NCBI GenBank assembly: GCA_002269645.1
Contig: NIVC01001866.1
Span: 57,118 to 121,117 of the forward strand
Length of the DNA stretch: 64,000 nucleotides
Source of the DNA: Macrostomum lignano
Lineage: Eukaryota
Direction of reading: 5' to 3'
The number at the start of each line of letters is the position of its first letter. Within the stretch, counting starts at the first letter, position 1. The notes beneath the pieces are model-generated. The model saw nothing but the letters and a program-made list of their open reading frames with translations. It searched no databases and was not told the DNA's origin. Positions 19,501 through 30,979 of the stretch are shown here, in pieces. A program made the translations under genes and the position numbers.

Positions 19501-22500
19501 GGCCAACTGCACTGGTACAGGCATTCACGTGCCAGAGGGCTGCACTGACAGTCAGGTGACCGAGGCTAGCAATGGCCATCTGGTTGTTAAGGTGAGTGTA
19601 TTAATTTTATTAGACAGTCATCTAATTATGCAAAATTTCCTGTTCCCTGAATTCCCCACTGCCTACATTCCCCACTGCCTGCATTCCCCACTCCCTACAT
19701 TCCCCACTGCCTGCATTCTCCACTGCCTACATTCCCCACTACCTGCATTCTCCACTGCCTACATTCCCCACTGCCTACATTCCCCACTCCCTACATTCCC
19801 CACTACCTGCATTCCCACTCCCTACATTCCCCACTCCCTGCATTCCCCACTCCCTGCATTCCCCACTCCCTACATTCCTCACTACCTGCATTCCCCACTC
19901 CCTACATTCCCCACTCCCTACATTCCCCACTACCTACATTCCCCACTGCCTACATTCCCCACTCCCTACATTCCCCACTACCTACATTCCCCACTACCTG
20001 CATTCCCACTCCCTACATTCCCCACTCCCTGCATTCCCCACTCCCTACATTCCCCACTCCCTACATTCCCCACTACCTACATTCCCCACTGCCTACATTC
20101 CCCACTCCCTACATTCCCCACTCCCTACATTCCCCACTACCTACATTCCCCACTGCCTGCATTCCCCACTCCCTACATTCCCCTCTCCCTACATTCCCCA
20201 CTCCCAGCATTCCCCACTCCCTGCATTCCCACTCCCTACATTCCCCACTCGCACAATCCGCAGGGCTTTCTACCAGCTGACCGGCTCAATGCCTACCGCC
20301 TTCGCCTTGGTGAGCCAGCTGAAGTGCCCATGCCTAGTCGGGCATCGTCACCTTCCGTCGGCGCCAACTTCGACGAGAACTACTTCGGTCCGTACACAAG
20401 CGACGCTGTCTACCTGCTGGCGAACGCGCTGGGCCAGCTGCACTCCAGCGATTCGGCCGCTCTGCACCGGCTGAAAAGTCCGCTAGTTGTGGCGGCCTAC
20501 AGGCAGATACTCGCCGCTACGCAATTCGACGGATTTCGATTCGGCCACAGTCACGAGCCTGGCGGCGGCTTCTTGGCCGTGTGGCTGCGCAGCCTGCAGC
20601 GGGACGGCGGAGGCGGCTACGTCAGCAAGAATCTCGCCAGTTATCGCTGGTCAATAAACGGCAGCGCGGTGGTTGTTAGCGCTGAGTCTCCGCCAGCTCT
20701 GCCGCCTAGCGACTACCTGACAGCCGATGGCCGCTTCATCCGGCTGCTTCATCCGGCCTGCTTTGCCGCCTTCATGCGAGCGCTCAATCCTAAATGGAGT
20801 TGCAACCAGGCACTTACGGCTTTCCTAGCAATTCTTCTGACTGTAGTGCTCACAGCCACGGCAGGCCTGTTCTACGGAGTGCTGCGCTACTGGCAGCAGA
20901 AGGTGCAGGACCGGGCGAACCAGCCGTTCAGAGAGATGCGAGAACGCCTGGCCCACATGGAGGTGCCAAAACTGTCTATATGTATTAATAGGAAAGTTGG
21001 CGAAGGCTGTTTTGGCACAGTGTTTGGCGGCGAAATTAATATCAGCGAGAAACGCTGGGAATCCTGCGCTGTGAAGGTGCTAACTGAGAATTGCAAATCG
21101 GACGCCGTGTTAAAGTTTTTAGAGGAGGCCGAGGTGAGCCTTGAACTTGCTGTTTTCCCTGTCTCTGTTGAAAATGCACCGAATTGGGTTGTGATTCGAT
21201 AGAATATGGCCCTTGGCATGCGCCCATCCCTCCCTGCACCCATCCCTCCCTGCAACCCATCCCTCCCTGCACCCATCCCTGCACTCATCCCTCCCTGCAC
21301 CCATCCCTGTACCAATCCCTGCACCCATCCCTCCCTGCAACCCATCCTCCCTGCAACCCATCCCTCCCCGCAACCCATCCCTCCCTGCACCCATCCCTGC
21401 ACTCATCCCTCCCTGCACCCATCCCTGCACCCATCCCTGCACTCATCCCTCCCTGCACTCATCCCACCCTGCACTCATCCCTCCCTGCACTCATCCCTCC
21501 CTGCACCCATCCCTGTACCAATCCCTGCACCCATCCCTCCCTGCACTCATCCCTCCCTGCACCCATCCCTGCACTCATCCCTCCCTGCACTCATCCCTCC
21601 CTGCACCCATCCCTGCACTCATTCCTCCCTGCACCCATCCCTGTACCAATCCCTGCACCCATCCCTCCCTGCACTCATCCCTCCCTGCGCCCATCCCTCC
21701 CTGCACTCATCATCCCTCCCTGCACTCATCCCTCCCTGCACTCATCATCTCTCCCTGCACTCATCCCTCCCTGCACTCATCCCTCCCTGCACCCATCCCT
21801 CCCTGCACTCATCCCTCCCTGCGCCCATCCCTCCCTGCACTCATCATCTCTCCCTGCACTCATCCCTCCCTGCACTCATCCCTCCCTGCACCCATCCCTC
21901 CCTGCACTCATCCCTCCCTGCGCCCATCCCTCCCTGTACCCATCCGTGCACCCATCCCTGCACGCATTCCTTCCTGAACCCCTCCATTGACCCATCCCTG
22001 CACCCATCCGTGCACCCATCCGTGCACCCATCCGTGCACCCATCCGTGCACCCATCCGTGCACCCATCCCTGCACCCATCCGTGCACCCATCCGTGCGCC
22101 CATCCCTCCCTGTACCCATCCGTGCACCCATCCCTGCACGCATTCCTTCCTGAACCCCTCCATTGACCCATCCCTGCACCCATCCGTGCACCCATCCGTG
22201 CACCCATCCGTGCACCCATCCGTGCACCCATCCGTGCACCCATCCGTGCACCCATCCGTGCACCCATCCCTGCACCCATCCGTGCACCCATCCGTGCACC
22301 CATCCCTGCACCCATCCCTGCACCCATCCCTGCACCCATCCCGGCACCCAATGAGTCAACCATGATGCAGCAATAACTAATGTAAATCACCCATCAGGTT
22401 CTGTGCAAGCTGGACCACGAGAACATTATTAAGCTGCTGGGCGTATCTACAGTCAACCAGCCCTACTACATAGTGATGGAATTCTGCCTGCACGGCGATC

Positions 22501-24115
22501 TTAAATCTTTCCTAATGGCCCGGCGCACCCACCGGGATGTTGTGTACACCAGCCCTGAGTACCTGACTAGGTATGCCATCGATATAGCCAGCGGGCTGGA
22601 GTACCTGCACTCTCAGGATCCGCCAGTGCTGCACCGGGATGTGGCCCTGCGCAACTGCCTGGTGGACTCGTTTTATAGAGTGAAGCTGGGCGATTTCGGG
22701 CTGGCTAGAATGACGCCTAATTATTATCGAATGCAGGCGCCAAATTTTGTGCCAGTTCGTTGGATGCCGCCAGAAGCGATTCAATACGCTTATTTTAGCG
22801 TTAAAAGCGACATATGGGCGTTTGCCGTGCTGTTGTACGAGATGATCACATTTGGCAAGTTCCCGTTCTACGACTGGAGTCATCAGCGGGTTATGGCCGA
22901 GGTGGCCAGGTGAGCTGGGCTATTGTTTGCTTGATAAGAGAGAGATAGATACCTGTGGTGTTGCCAGGGACACGTGTGATGTTGTCAAGAAAGACGTCTG
23001 TGGTTGCCAAGGGAGACGTCTGTGGTTGCCAAGGGAGACGTCTGTGGTTGCCAAGGGAGACGTCTGTGGTTGCAAAGGGAGACGTCTGTGGTTGCCAAGC
23101 CAAGGGATACTCTGTGGTTGCTAGGGGCATCAGCGGTTGTCAAAGGAGACGTCTGTGGCTGCCAGGAGCACCGTTTGTTGCCAAGGAAAACACCGGGGGT
23201 TGTCAATGGAGATGTCTGGTTGTCAAGTTAAATACTGGTGGTTGTCAGGGAAAACATCAGTGGTTGCCAAGGAAAACATCGGTGGTTGTCAAGGAAAACA
23301 TCGGTGGTTGTCAAGGAAAACATCGGTGGTTGTCAAGGAAAACATCGGTGGTTGTCAAGGAAAACACGGGTGGTTGTCAAGGAAAACCCCGGTGGTTGTC
23401 AAGGAAAACACGGGTGGTTGTCAAGGAAAACACGGGTGGTTTTCAAGAGAAACCCCGGTGGTTGTCAAGGAAAACATCGGTGGAGTTATAGATGTGTTGT
23501 AGACTGGTACACAATGACCATCTCACCCATTCCCCCGTCCCCGCACACCAGAGGCGTCACTCTGCTGGCTCACTTTCCTGAGGCGGCGAATTGCCGCCTA
23601 CGCGAGCTGGTGACCCGGTGCTGGCGCTACGCACCGAGGACCGGCCGTTGGTCAGCGAGTTGCTGCACGAGCTTCGCGACCAGCCGCCATGCGTGGCCGC
23701 CTGCCTTGACGACGCGCCGCCAACCCAGCCAGTGCTGGGGCGAGACCGCGCCACCGTAGCGGCCATGATGTCCGGCGGCCCTGGCACCAGCGGAGCCGGC
23801 GGCGGCACCTGCGGCAGCCTTGGCGGCGGCGGCGGCGGCGACACGTGGGCAGCGGTGCGGTCGCTAAGCAACGTAAAGCTGAACGCCATCAGCCTGACCT
23901 CGGTGCCGCAGTGGCTTCGATCTTCGGTACAGCGGCACAGAAGCGCGTCGGATCTGCGAGCGGTTCGCATCGACTTCCAGCGACAGCAGCAGCAGCAGCA
24001 GGAAGCGGCCGACAGCCAGCCAGTGGCCAGCAACGCTATGGCTGACAGCATAGCAGGCAGAATTGTTCCCGTTGAGCCGGAGTCGCTGTGCCTGCTTTCC
24101 ACTACTAGAGTTTAG
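16009..24115 (+). CDS. VKR: Venus kinase receptor (Venus flytrap ectodomain + one TM + insulin-receptor-like tyrosine kinase); 8 coding exons, about 1178 aa if a 1-nt deletion near 23634 is corrected
   Basis: Phase-consistent GT-AG exons: 16009-16141, 16632-16899, 17075-17257, 17939-18614, 19262-19591, 20264-21133, 22398-22909, 23552-24115. Signal-peptide-like N-terminus. GABA-B/ANF-receptor-like VFT motifs ([40 protein letters not shown]). TM helix [25 protein letters not shown]. Kinase motifs [49 protein letters not shown]. Confidence 0.9.
16203..16590. repeat. (TCTG)n microsatellite in VKR intron 1
   Basis: Directly visible; source of the CLSV and TDRQ ORFs. Confidence 0.98.
17430..17910. 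repeat. 23-bp minisatellite (GTTGAGCACTCCCATATTCCCTA)n in VKR intron 3
   Basis: Directly visible. Confidence 0.96.
18694..18950 (+). mobile_element. tRNA-derived CORE-type SINE (family 1) in VKR intron 4, with a 34-nt internal deletion
   Basis: A box TAGTGGTCAGAGCG and B box GGTTCGATTCC, then GTGTCCTTGAGCAAGACACTTAAC (MIR/CORE-like). A homologous copy lies at 39445-39739 in the opposite orientation. Confidence 0.85.
19655..20250. repeat. About 16-bp C-rich minisatellite (CATTCCCCACTCCCTA)n in VKR intron 5
   Basis: Directly visible; bounded by donor GT at 19592 and acceptor AG at 20262-20263. Confidence 0.95.
21225..22345. repeat. 12/16-bp C-rich minisatellite (CCCATCCCTGCA variants) in VKR intron 6
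   Basis: Directly visible; same family as the array at 29830-30205. Confidence 0.96.
22955..23480. repeat. 22-bp minisatellites (GTGGTTGCCAAGGGAGACGTCT, then GGTTGTCAAGGAAAACATCGGT) in VKR intron 7
   Basis: Directly visible; two related 22-bp variants in successive blocks. Confidence 0.93.
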
Positions 24116-25149
24116 GACCGCCTGTGCACCCTGCCGAAACAGCTCGTATTTAAAACAGTGAAAGCTTCGCCTTGTGTTTACTTTTCATACATGCGCAGCC
24201 CCCCCCCCTGATTTACATCGTCCGTGCGAATTACTTTTTTACTAAAAAATGCGACTTACCTATGAAAGAGACCAAAGCAAAATTTACGTAAATTAGGGTA
24301 AACGGCAGGAGTAACTATGATTGTATTATTTAGGCTAAATGCCTCGTCATCTAATTAGTGCTACGTATGTATTTTCTTGGCCATATGTACGTCTCGTGTC
24401 TTACCTTGGCTGGGCCCCTCGCCAAACGGCCGATCATGCATGTTACTTTTACTACTAATTACAGTAGACAGGCAAGAGTCAGAGCTCAAAAAAATTCGCA
24501 ACGGGGTTTATTCATAGTTACCTTGAGCTACCTGTTAAAGGTTCTGGCAGAATCGTTGAATATTTTGACGGTCCGGATGGCTGGCAACTGGATTATTGTT
24601 TGAGAAGGTGCACAACAAGAAGTTACCCAGCGTTCTAAATCAAAAGTACACAATGTCCTGGCATTATTTAATAATTTTTAATAGAAACAATTGCAATACC
24701 AATCCGCTTATTTTTTCCTAGCATTTTCGCGTACCCCTGATTGTAATATTTTAGCAATAATGAATTTATCTTGCGATTGTCAATCATTGCAATCTGTCTG
24801 CCTATCGCCGCGTCACAGCCTTGCTAAGCTTTTGAGCTGTTAGCTTGCGCGTTCATTCCATCATTTACTTTCGCTTTTTAGTTTGCTTGGAAAAGCGGCT
24901 AAAAACTAAATTCTTTTATCCGCTACATGAAGCCTCATCTATCTCAATTATGCAGAACTGGCGCTAAAATTTATTGTTTCATTTTAGCTACTTGTCAGTC
25001 TATTGGAATCTCTCAAGTTTAGCAGTATGTCTATGATTCTTTTTTCTGATTTAATCAGACTGTTTATTGCTCGTCTGTCAGCTGCAGTGATGCGCCTCTT
25101 TGTGGTAAATGCTGAGTCTTGGATTCCAAGTCCTTCCTAGATATTCTCC

Positions 25150-25990
25150 TAGGTTGAAGATTCCCCACTAGATACTCCGCACCATAAGAAGATTCCCCGC
25201 TAAATATTCCCCACTATGAGAATCCTGCTAGATGTTAACCCAAATAAAAAGATTCCCCGCTAGATATTCCCCACTATGAGAAGATTCCCCGCTAGATATT
25301 CCCCACTATGAGAAGATTCCTCGCTAGATATTCCCCACTATGAGAAGATTCCTCGCTAGATATTCCCCACTATAAGAAGGCTGGTAGAGTCGCTCGCTTG
25401 GCGAGAAGAATAAATAGAAAGCTTATTATCAACATTTGAATGTGATTGCAATTTCTAACAACTTCAACGCGTTTCGCACGCCATGGTGCATCGTCAGGAT
25501 TTTATTAGAACGATTTGAGAAAGTGAGATTGAAAACGATTGATTAAATATTGGTTTTTGCAACGTACACAGGTAAGGAGGGTAAGATTGAACGGCGCCCT
25601 CTGATTTTCCCTTTAACGCCCTTAAAGCATTCTCTCCTAACCTACCTATGTATGTTGTTTAAGCCAAGTTGTAATCAATTGTTTTCAATCTTACCCTCCT
25701 TACCTGTGTACGTTGCAAAAACCAATATTTAATCAATCGTTTTCAATCTCACTTTCTCAAATCGTTCTAATAAAATCCTGACGATGCACCATGGCGTGCG
25801 AAACGCGTTGAAGTTGTTAGAAATTGCAATCACATTCAAATGTTGATATTAAGCTTTCTATTCACTATTAGAAGATTCCCCGCTAGATATTCCCCCAATG
25901 AGAAGATTCCCCGCTAGATATTCCCCACTATGAGATTCCTCGCTAGATTCCCTACTATGAGAAGATTCCCCGCTAGATTCCCAGCTAGAT
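25150..25990. repeat. 32-bp minisatellite (GAAGATTCCCCGCTAGATATTCCCCACTATGA)n, split by the foldback element
   Basis: Units at about 25150-25378 and again at about 25870-25990. Confidence 0.88.
25413..25862. mobile_element. Foldback/MITE-like element: 179-bp terminal inverted repeats around a 92-bp spacer
   Basis: The left arm 25413-25591 is the reverse complement of the right arm 25684-25862, with only one mismatch seen (near the outer end). TA at 25415-25416 and 25859-25860 could be a Tc1/mariner-type TSD. No coding capacity. Confidence 0.88.
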
Positions 25991-26377
25991 GCGTTAATCC
26001 AGCCGGCTCAGTAGCGATCACCAGTGGCGTCAATTTAGTCTTGTACAGCTCGATTTGTACAAATTTGTACAGTTGGTTTTATCCCGTCAGCTTTTTTTGT
26101 ACCATGCAGAAGTCCTTATAATTGTAATTGCAGATTCATTATGTCATATTTTGCTTTCTTATGCATTGCTTGCATTTCATTCTGCGCGTGTGTTTTTTGT
26201 TGTATTCTCTGCTTCTGCGAGCTTCGTCTTCTGTTTTGCTGCAACACTTTATTCAGATCTTAACCAAATCAATAGAAAGAGCTTCGTTGCAGTTGATTTT
26301 TATTTCCAGCAGTGCAATACTCGTAGGTGTGCATAGGCTATTCAGTCTGGCAGTTGCTTTTATTGAATGATGTTATT

Positions 26378-27313
26378 GGGCCAGCCTCCCAGATCCTCAG
26401 TTGCTGGGCCAGCCTCCCAGATCATCAGTTGCTGGGCCAGCCTCCCAGATCTTCAGCTGCTGGGCCAGCCTCCCAGATCCTCAGCTGCTGGGCCAGCCTC
26501 CCAGATCCTCAGTTGCTGGGCCAGCCTCCCAGATCCTCAGTTGCTGGGCCAGCCTCCCAGATCCTCAGTTGCTGGGCCAGCCTCCCAGATCTTCAGCTGC
26601 TGGGCCAGCCTCCCAGATCTTCAGCTGCTGGGCCAGCCTCCCAGATCCTCAGTTGCTGGGCCAGCCTCCCAGATCCTCAGTTGCTGGGCCAGCCTCCCAG
26701 ATCCTCAGTTGCTGGGCCAGCCTCCCAGATCTTCAGCTGCTGGGCCAGCCTCCCAGATCTTCAGCTGCTGGGCCAGCCTCCCAGATCCTCAGTTGCTGGG
26801 CCAGCCTCCCAGATCCTCAGTTGCTGGGCCAGCCTCCCAGATCCTCAGTTGCTGGGCCAGCCTCCCAGATCCTCAGTTGCTGGGCCAGCCTCCCAGATCC
26901 TCAGTTGCTGGGCCAGCCTCCCAGATCGTCAGTTGCTGGGTCAGCCTCCCAGATCCTCAGTTGCTGGGCCAGCCTCTCAGATCCTCAGTTGCTGGGCCAG
27001 CCTCCCAGATCCTCAGTTGCTGGGCCAGCCTCCCAGATCCTCAGTTGCTCGGCCAGCCTCCCAGATCCTCAGTTGCTGGGTCAGCCTCCCAGATCCTCAG
27101 TTGCTGGGCCAGCCTCTCAGATCCTCAGTTGCTGGGCCAGCCTCCCAGATCCTCAGTTGCTGGGCCAGCCTCCCAGATCCTCAGTTGCTCGGCCAGCCTC
27201 CCAGATCCTCAGTTGCTGGGCCAGCCTCCCAGATCCTCAGTTGCTGGGCCAGCCTCCCAGATCTTCAGCTGCTGGGCCAGCCTCCCAGATCCTCAGCTGC
27301 TGGGCCAGCCTCC
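26378..27313. repeat. 28-bp minisatellite (GCTGGGCCAGCCTCCCAGATCCTCAGTT)n
   Basis: Directly visible; the 28-aa periodicity in all three forward ORFs equals 3 x 28 nt. Confidence 0.98.
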
Positions 27314-28021
27314 CACATCGCTTTTTACTCGACAAGGCGGTAACTTTCGATGCCCGGGAGCACACGAGTGACAGCTCGGATTTTGTGGATTCGCTGGAGC
27401 AGCTTTAGGAGTCTTTATAAAGAGCTGCGCCTGCAGAAAGCCTGCATTTAAATTTAGCGCTTTGCTAACCAAAGAAACGAAAGCAAAAATTGCATTCTGG
27501 CCTGCATTCAAGTCATGTGACCGCAGCAATGCGGGCCAATTCTAAGTGCATGCAATACCAAGAATGTAATGTACATTTATAGACGAATTGCATTAAGCAA
27601 AAATGAGACAAAAAATGGAACTACACTTATACATGCGGAGGTGTGTCTGATGACTTTGATGGGTCCAAATCTCAATACTTTGCCTATATACTCGCAATTA
27701 AAGTACCCCTGGTACCTATATCGATTGAATCTCAGCGCCCTTAAACCTGAAATTCGAAAGTATGCGGGCGCTCTCTTATCAGAAATTTTCTAAATTTGGC
27801 TCCAATTCAGAAAAAAGTTTATTGAGCAAGTTAGCGTACTTGTGCCTTGCACGCGGCACGTGCAGTCTGGCTTGAAGCCCTGCACGCCTGATGGAATTCA
27901 ATCCAGTTTCAGAATAGGGGATGATGGTCTCGCGGTCTGTCTGCGCAGTTTTGTCAGTCTTGTTATGATTGATATGTCAAAGCGTTGAGAATGGCATCTT
28001 GGCGATAAAAGACCCAGGGAC

Positions 28022-28106
28022 CCTGTCTGTCCGTCTGTCTGCCTGCCGTCTGTCTGCCTGCCTGGCTGCCTGTCTGTCTGTCTGCCTGCCTGCCTGCCTG
28101 CCAGCC

Positions 28107-28143
<37 letters not shown>

Positions 28144-28165
28144 GCCTGCCTGCCTGCCTTCCTGT
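28022..28165. repeat. (TCTG)/(CCTG) compound microsatellite
   Basis: Directly visible. Confidence 0.93.
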
Positions 28166-28837
28166 CTGACTATCTGACAGAAGCTTCGATCCTCGGGTTT
28201 GATAACCAAAGTACTGTACAGGCAGAACTTGAGCAAGAATCCGAGGCGCCGACCTCTAAACACTCTGTTTGCCACAATGCGGGTGTCGGTTGCATCACAA
28301 TCCTGGTCAGTGTCATCACTCTCCACTCCGCCAGTCTATATTTGGCTGAATAAGTCCGATTTTAATCTGGACGCGGTTTAATCTTTTTTGGGCAGCCTCG
28401 CGCGCAACTTCTGCCGCATTCCGCAGCCTGCAGGCTTTTTTTAGCCCGGGGCCAACCCCCAGAATTGCTGGAATTCCGCGTCCCGATATTTATTGTAAAC
28501 CTGCCGGCAGTCTTTTTATCTGTATCCAACCGAATGAGTAATTCGGCTGCAGTAAGTCTTGCGACCAGTAAAAAAACTTGTACCAAAAAAGCCACGCGTG
28601 CACCTGCCCAAGTTGCCAAGGATGTTGCGCTGGTGCTACTCCAGCCAACACAGCCAATTACACGTGCCCATGCCCGCAGCCACGTGACAAAACAATCCAA
28701 TTCACTGTGAATCCCGCGGGCAAGCCACGGCACCGAAGTGGATAAATACAAGCAGACTTGGCCCGGCTCAGGAATCTGCAGTTCAATACTCGAAGTTGCA
28801 AACTCAGCTAACTAAAAGCTGCACTATAAGGAACAAA

Positions 28838-29335
28838 ATGCTACCCGCTAAGACATCCGCATCAATTGTTGGAGTCTTCGCCCTGCTGCTGGCGCTGACT
28901 GAGGCTGCCGCGCTGCATCTGCCAACATCATCAACAATAATCGGCGACGAACCCGGCTTGCTTCCAGTCTACCTGCACAGGCCTCAGCGCCAGACCTACT
29001 GCCGGTTCCAGGCCCAGCTCGCTCAGCTGCTCTTTGCCGACAGCCTGGTGCACCCGCACGGGCCCGGCAGCGGCCATAACGCCGGCCGCTTCATCAGCCT
29101 CTGCCAGCCGGAGGCCGACCCCGAACTGGCCCTGAATGCCAGCGACTTGCCGCTGCCGCTGCCTGCCCCCGGCATCGGCAAGTGCATCTCAACTGTCGCG
29201 TCCGCGTCGGTAAAGTGCAAAACCAGAGACGAGCTGGTGGTGGTCACCAGGCTGGTCAACAGCACCGGCCAGTACAGGTCCGCGCTGGAGTGGCGGACAA
29301 CCACCTGTTACGCCAAGTGGTCAGGTGCACGCTGA
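28838..29335 (+). CDS. Putative secreted protein, 165 aa, single exon, no family recognised
   Basis: ATG in AAAATG context. Hydrophobic signal peptide (IVGVFALLLALTEAAA). GC-rich codon-like composition similar to neighbouring exons. 5 Cys and two N-glycosylation sequons (NAS, NST). Confidence 0.65.
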   Translation: MLPAKTSASIVGVFALLLALTEAAALHLPTSSTIIGDEPGLLPVYLHRPQRQTYCRFQAQLAQLLFADSLVHPHGPGSGHNAGRFISLCQPEADPELALNASDLPLPLPAPGIGKCISTVASASVKCKTRDELVVVTRLVNSTGQYRSALEWRTTTCYAKWSGAR

Positions 29336-29829
29336 ACTTATAAGTAGTATGACGCGAATCATCGATATGGTTTATCGAATATGTTATTCTTGTGTTATGT
29401 GTGTTATGTACTTTTATGTCTTATATTATTTGTGCCAAGCACAAACCGCTTTTTTCGATAACTAAACTTCAATATCTGATTATCTGAATTGAGTTTATTT
29501 TATTGAAATTGTACAGGATTTATTATCAATAAATATATGAGATTATACTGCCCTAATCTATGCTAACTGGCGGCTTACCGAGAGTCAGAACATCGAGAAG
29601 TTCAGTGGTTAGCGAGTCCGGCTCTCGGGCCAAAATACCCGCGTGCAGCTGAATCAATTCAATATTAACCCCCCCCCCCTTACGGAGGCTTGTGCGATTC
29701 TCGACCCATGAGGGCCGCTCCCCAACGCACAGGCATAACTGCTTGCCTCATCACTGGCTGCTGGTCGCCCCTCAGGGAAATTCACTACACGTGTAACTGC
29801 TGCAGCTAAGAAACAACACTCTCTTGTTG

Positions 29830-30205
29830 CACCCATCCCTGCATCCATCCCTGCATCCATCCCTGCACTCATCCCTGCATCCATCCCTGCACTCATCCCT
29901 GCACCCATCCCTGCACCCATCCCTGCATCCATCCCTGCACTCATCCCTGCACCCATCCCTACATCCATCCCTGCATCCATCCCTGCATCCATCCCTGCAT
30001 CCATCCCTGCACTCATCCCTGCATCCATCCCTGCACCCATCCCTGCACTCATCCCTGCACCCATCCCTGCACTCATCCCTGCACCCATCCCTGCACTCAT
30101 CCCTGCATCCATCCCTGAACCCATCCCTGCACTCATCCCTGCACTCATCCCTGCAGCCATCCCTGCACTCATCCCTGCACCCATCCCTGCACTCATCCCT
30201 CCCTG
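29830..30205. repeat. 12-bp minisatellite (C/T-C/T-CATCCCTGCA)n
   Basis: Directly visible; same unit family and orientation as the VKR intron 6 array. Confidence 0.96.
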
Positions 30206-30979
30206 CCATTATATTCCAATAAGAGTAAAATGAGCTCAAACGCGTCAAGTCTAGCCGGAAATGCAATATTAAAAGCATTGATAGTAGTAAAGTGAGTTAC
30301 AATTCACAAGTTTCACTGCATTAATTATAAAGTATTAAAATGAACTCAATCCAGATAACACTGAATAGAAATTCAATTTCCAATAAACTAATAGACAGAT
30401 AAATTTATAACCACAATCGCACAAGTTGTAAGGCAAGAACGATTCTCGCATATTGTAAAAATGGCATAATTAGCTAACCTTCTAACAAAGCAAATGTGCA
30501 AAAGTGTGTCTGGCAGTCACAGTTTGTGTGACTGTTTCAAATTTCTAGACTTTAACCAGTAATAATGAAGTCAGGAGAGCAATTTCAACGGTAAGGCACA
30601 GAACGCAACGAACCTGTGAGTCGAGCTAAACTTCTCATAAATAAGACAAATTTGTATAAAAATTCATCAACAGAATCCTGTTCCAGATTTGTTTATAAAG
30701 TATTCTAAATGTAACTTTGCAGTAAAATGTAAACTCGCAGACTCATTAAAAACAAGCACAGACAAATTGACATCGGCTTTTGTTTAACTTCTACAGACTT
30801 GAAATCTACAAAAGCAAATCCGCCGAAACAACTTCGTTTTACGCTTGTACTGTGAAAAATTTGAATTGGCACTAATAGGAAACGCCGGCACTACAAGAGT
30901 TAAGCTGAGTGGGCTGCGGTTAGCATGAGGCTGAATAAGATGTTAGGTCACCAATGAGCTTCAGGCCATCTCATCAGGC

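Noticed and set aside
21184-22390. His/Pro-rich and Gly/Met-rich ORFs
   Set aside because: They lie inside VKR intron 6, whose removal joins the kinase exons in frame ([15 protein letters not shown]).
26327-27408. Three overlapping ORFs of about 335 aa
   Set aside because: A 28-bp unit without stops opens all three frames; they are repeat artefacts.
29596-29640. tRNA-like A-box fragment (AGTTCAGTGGTTAGCGAGTCCGGCTC)
   Set aside because: No B box or cloverleaf follows; at most a SINE remnant.
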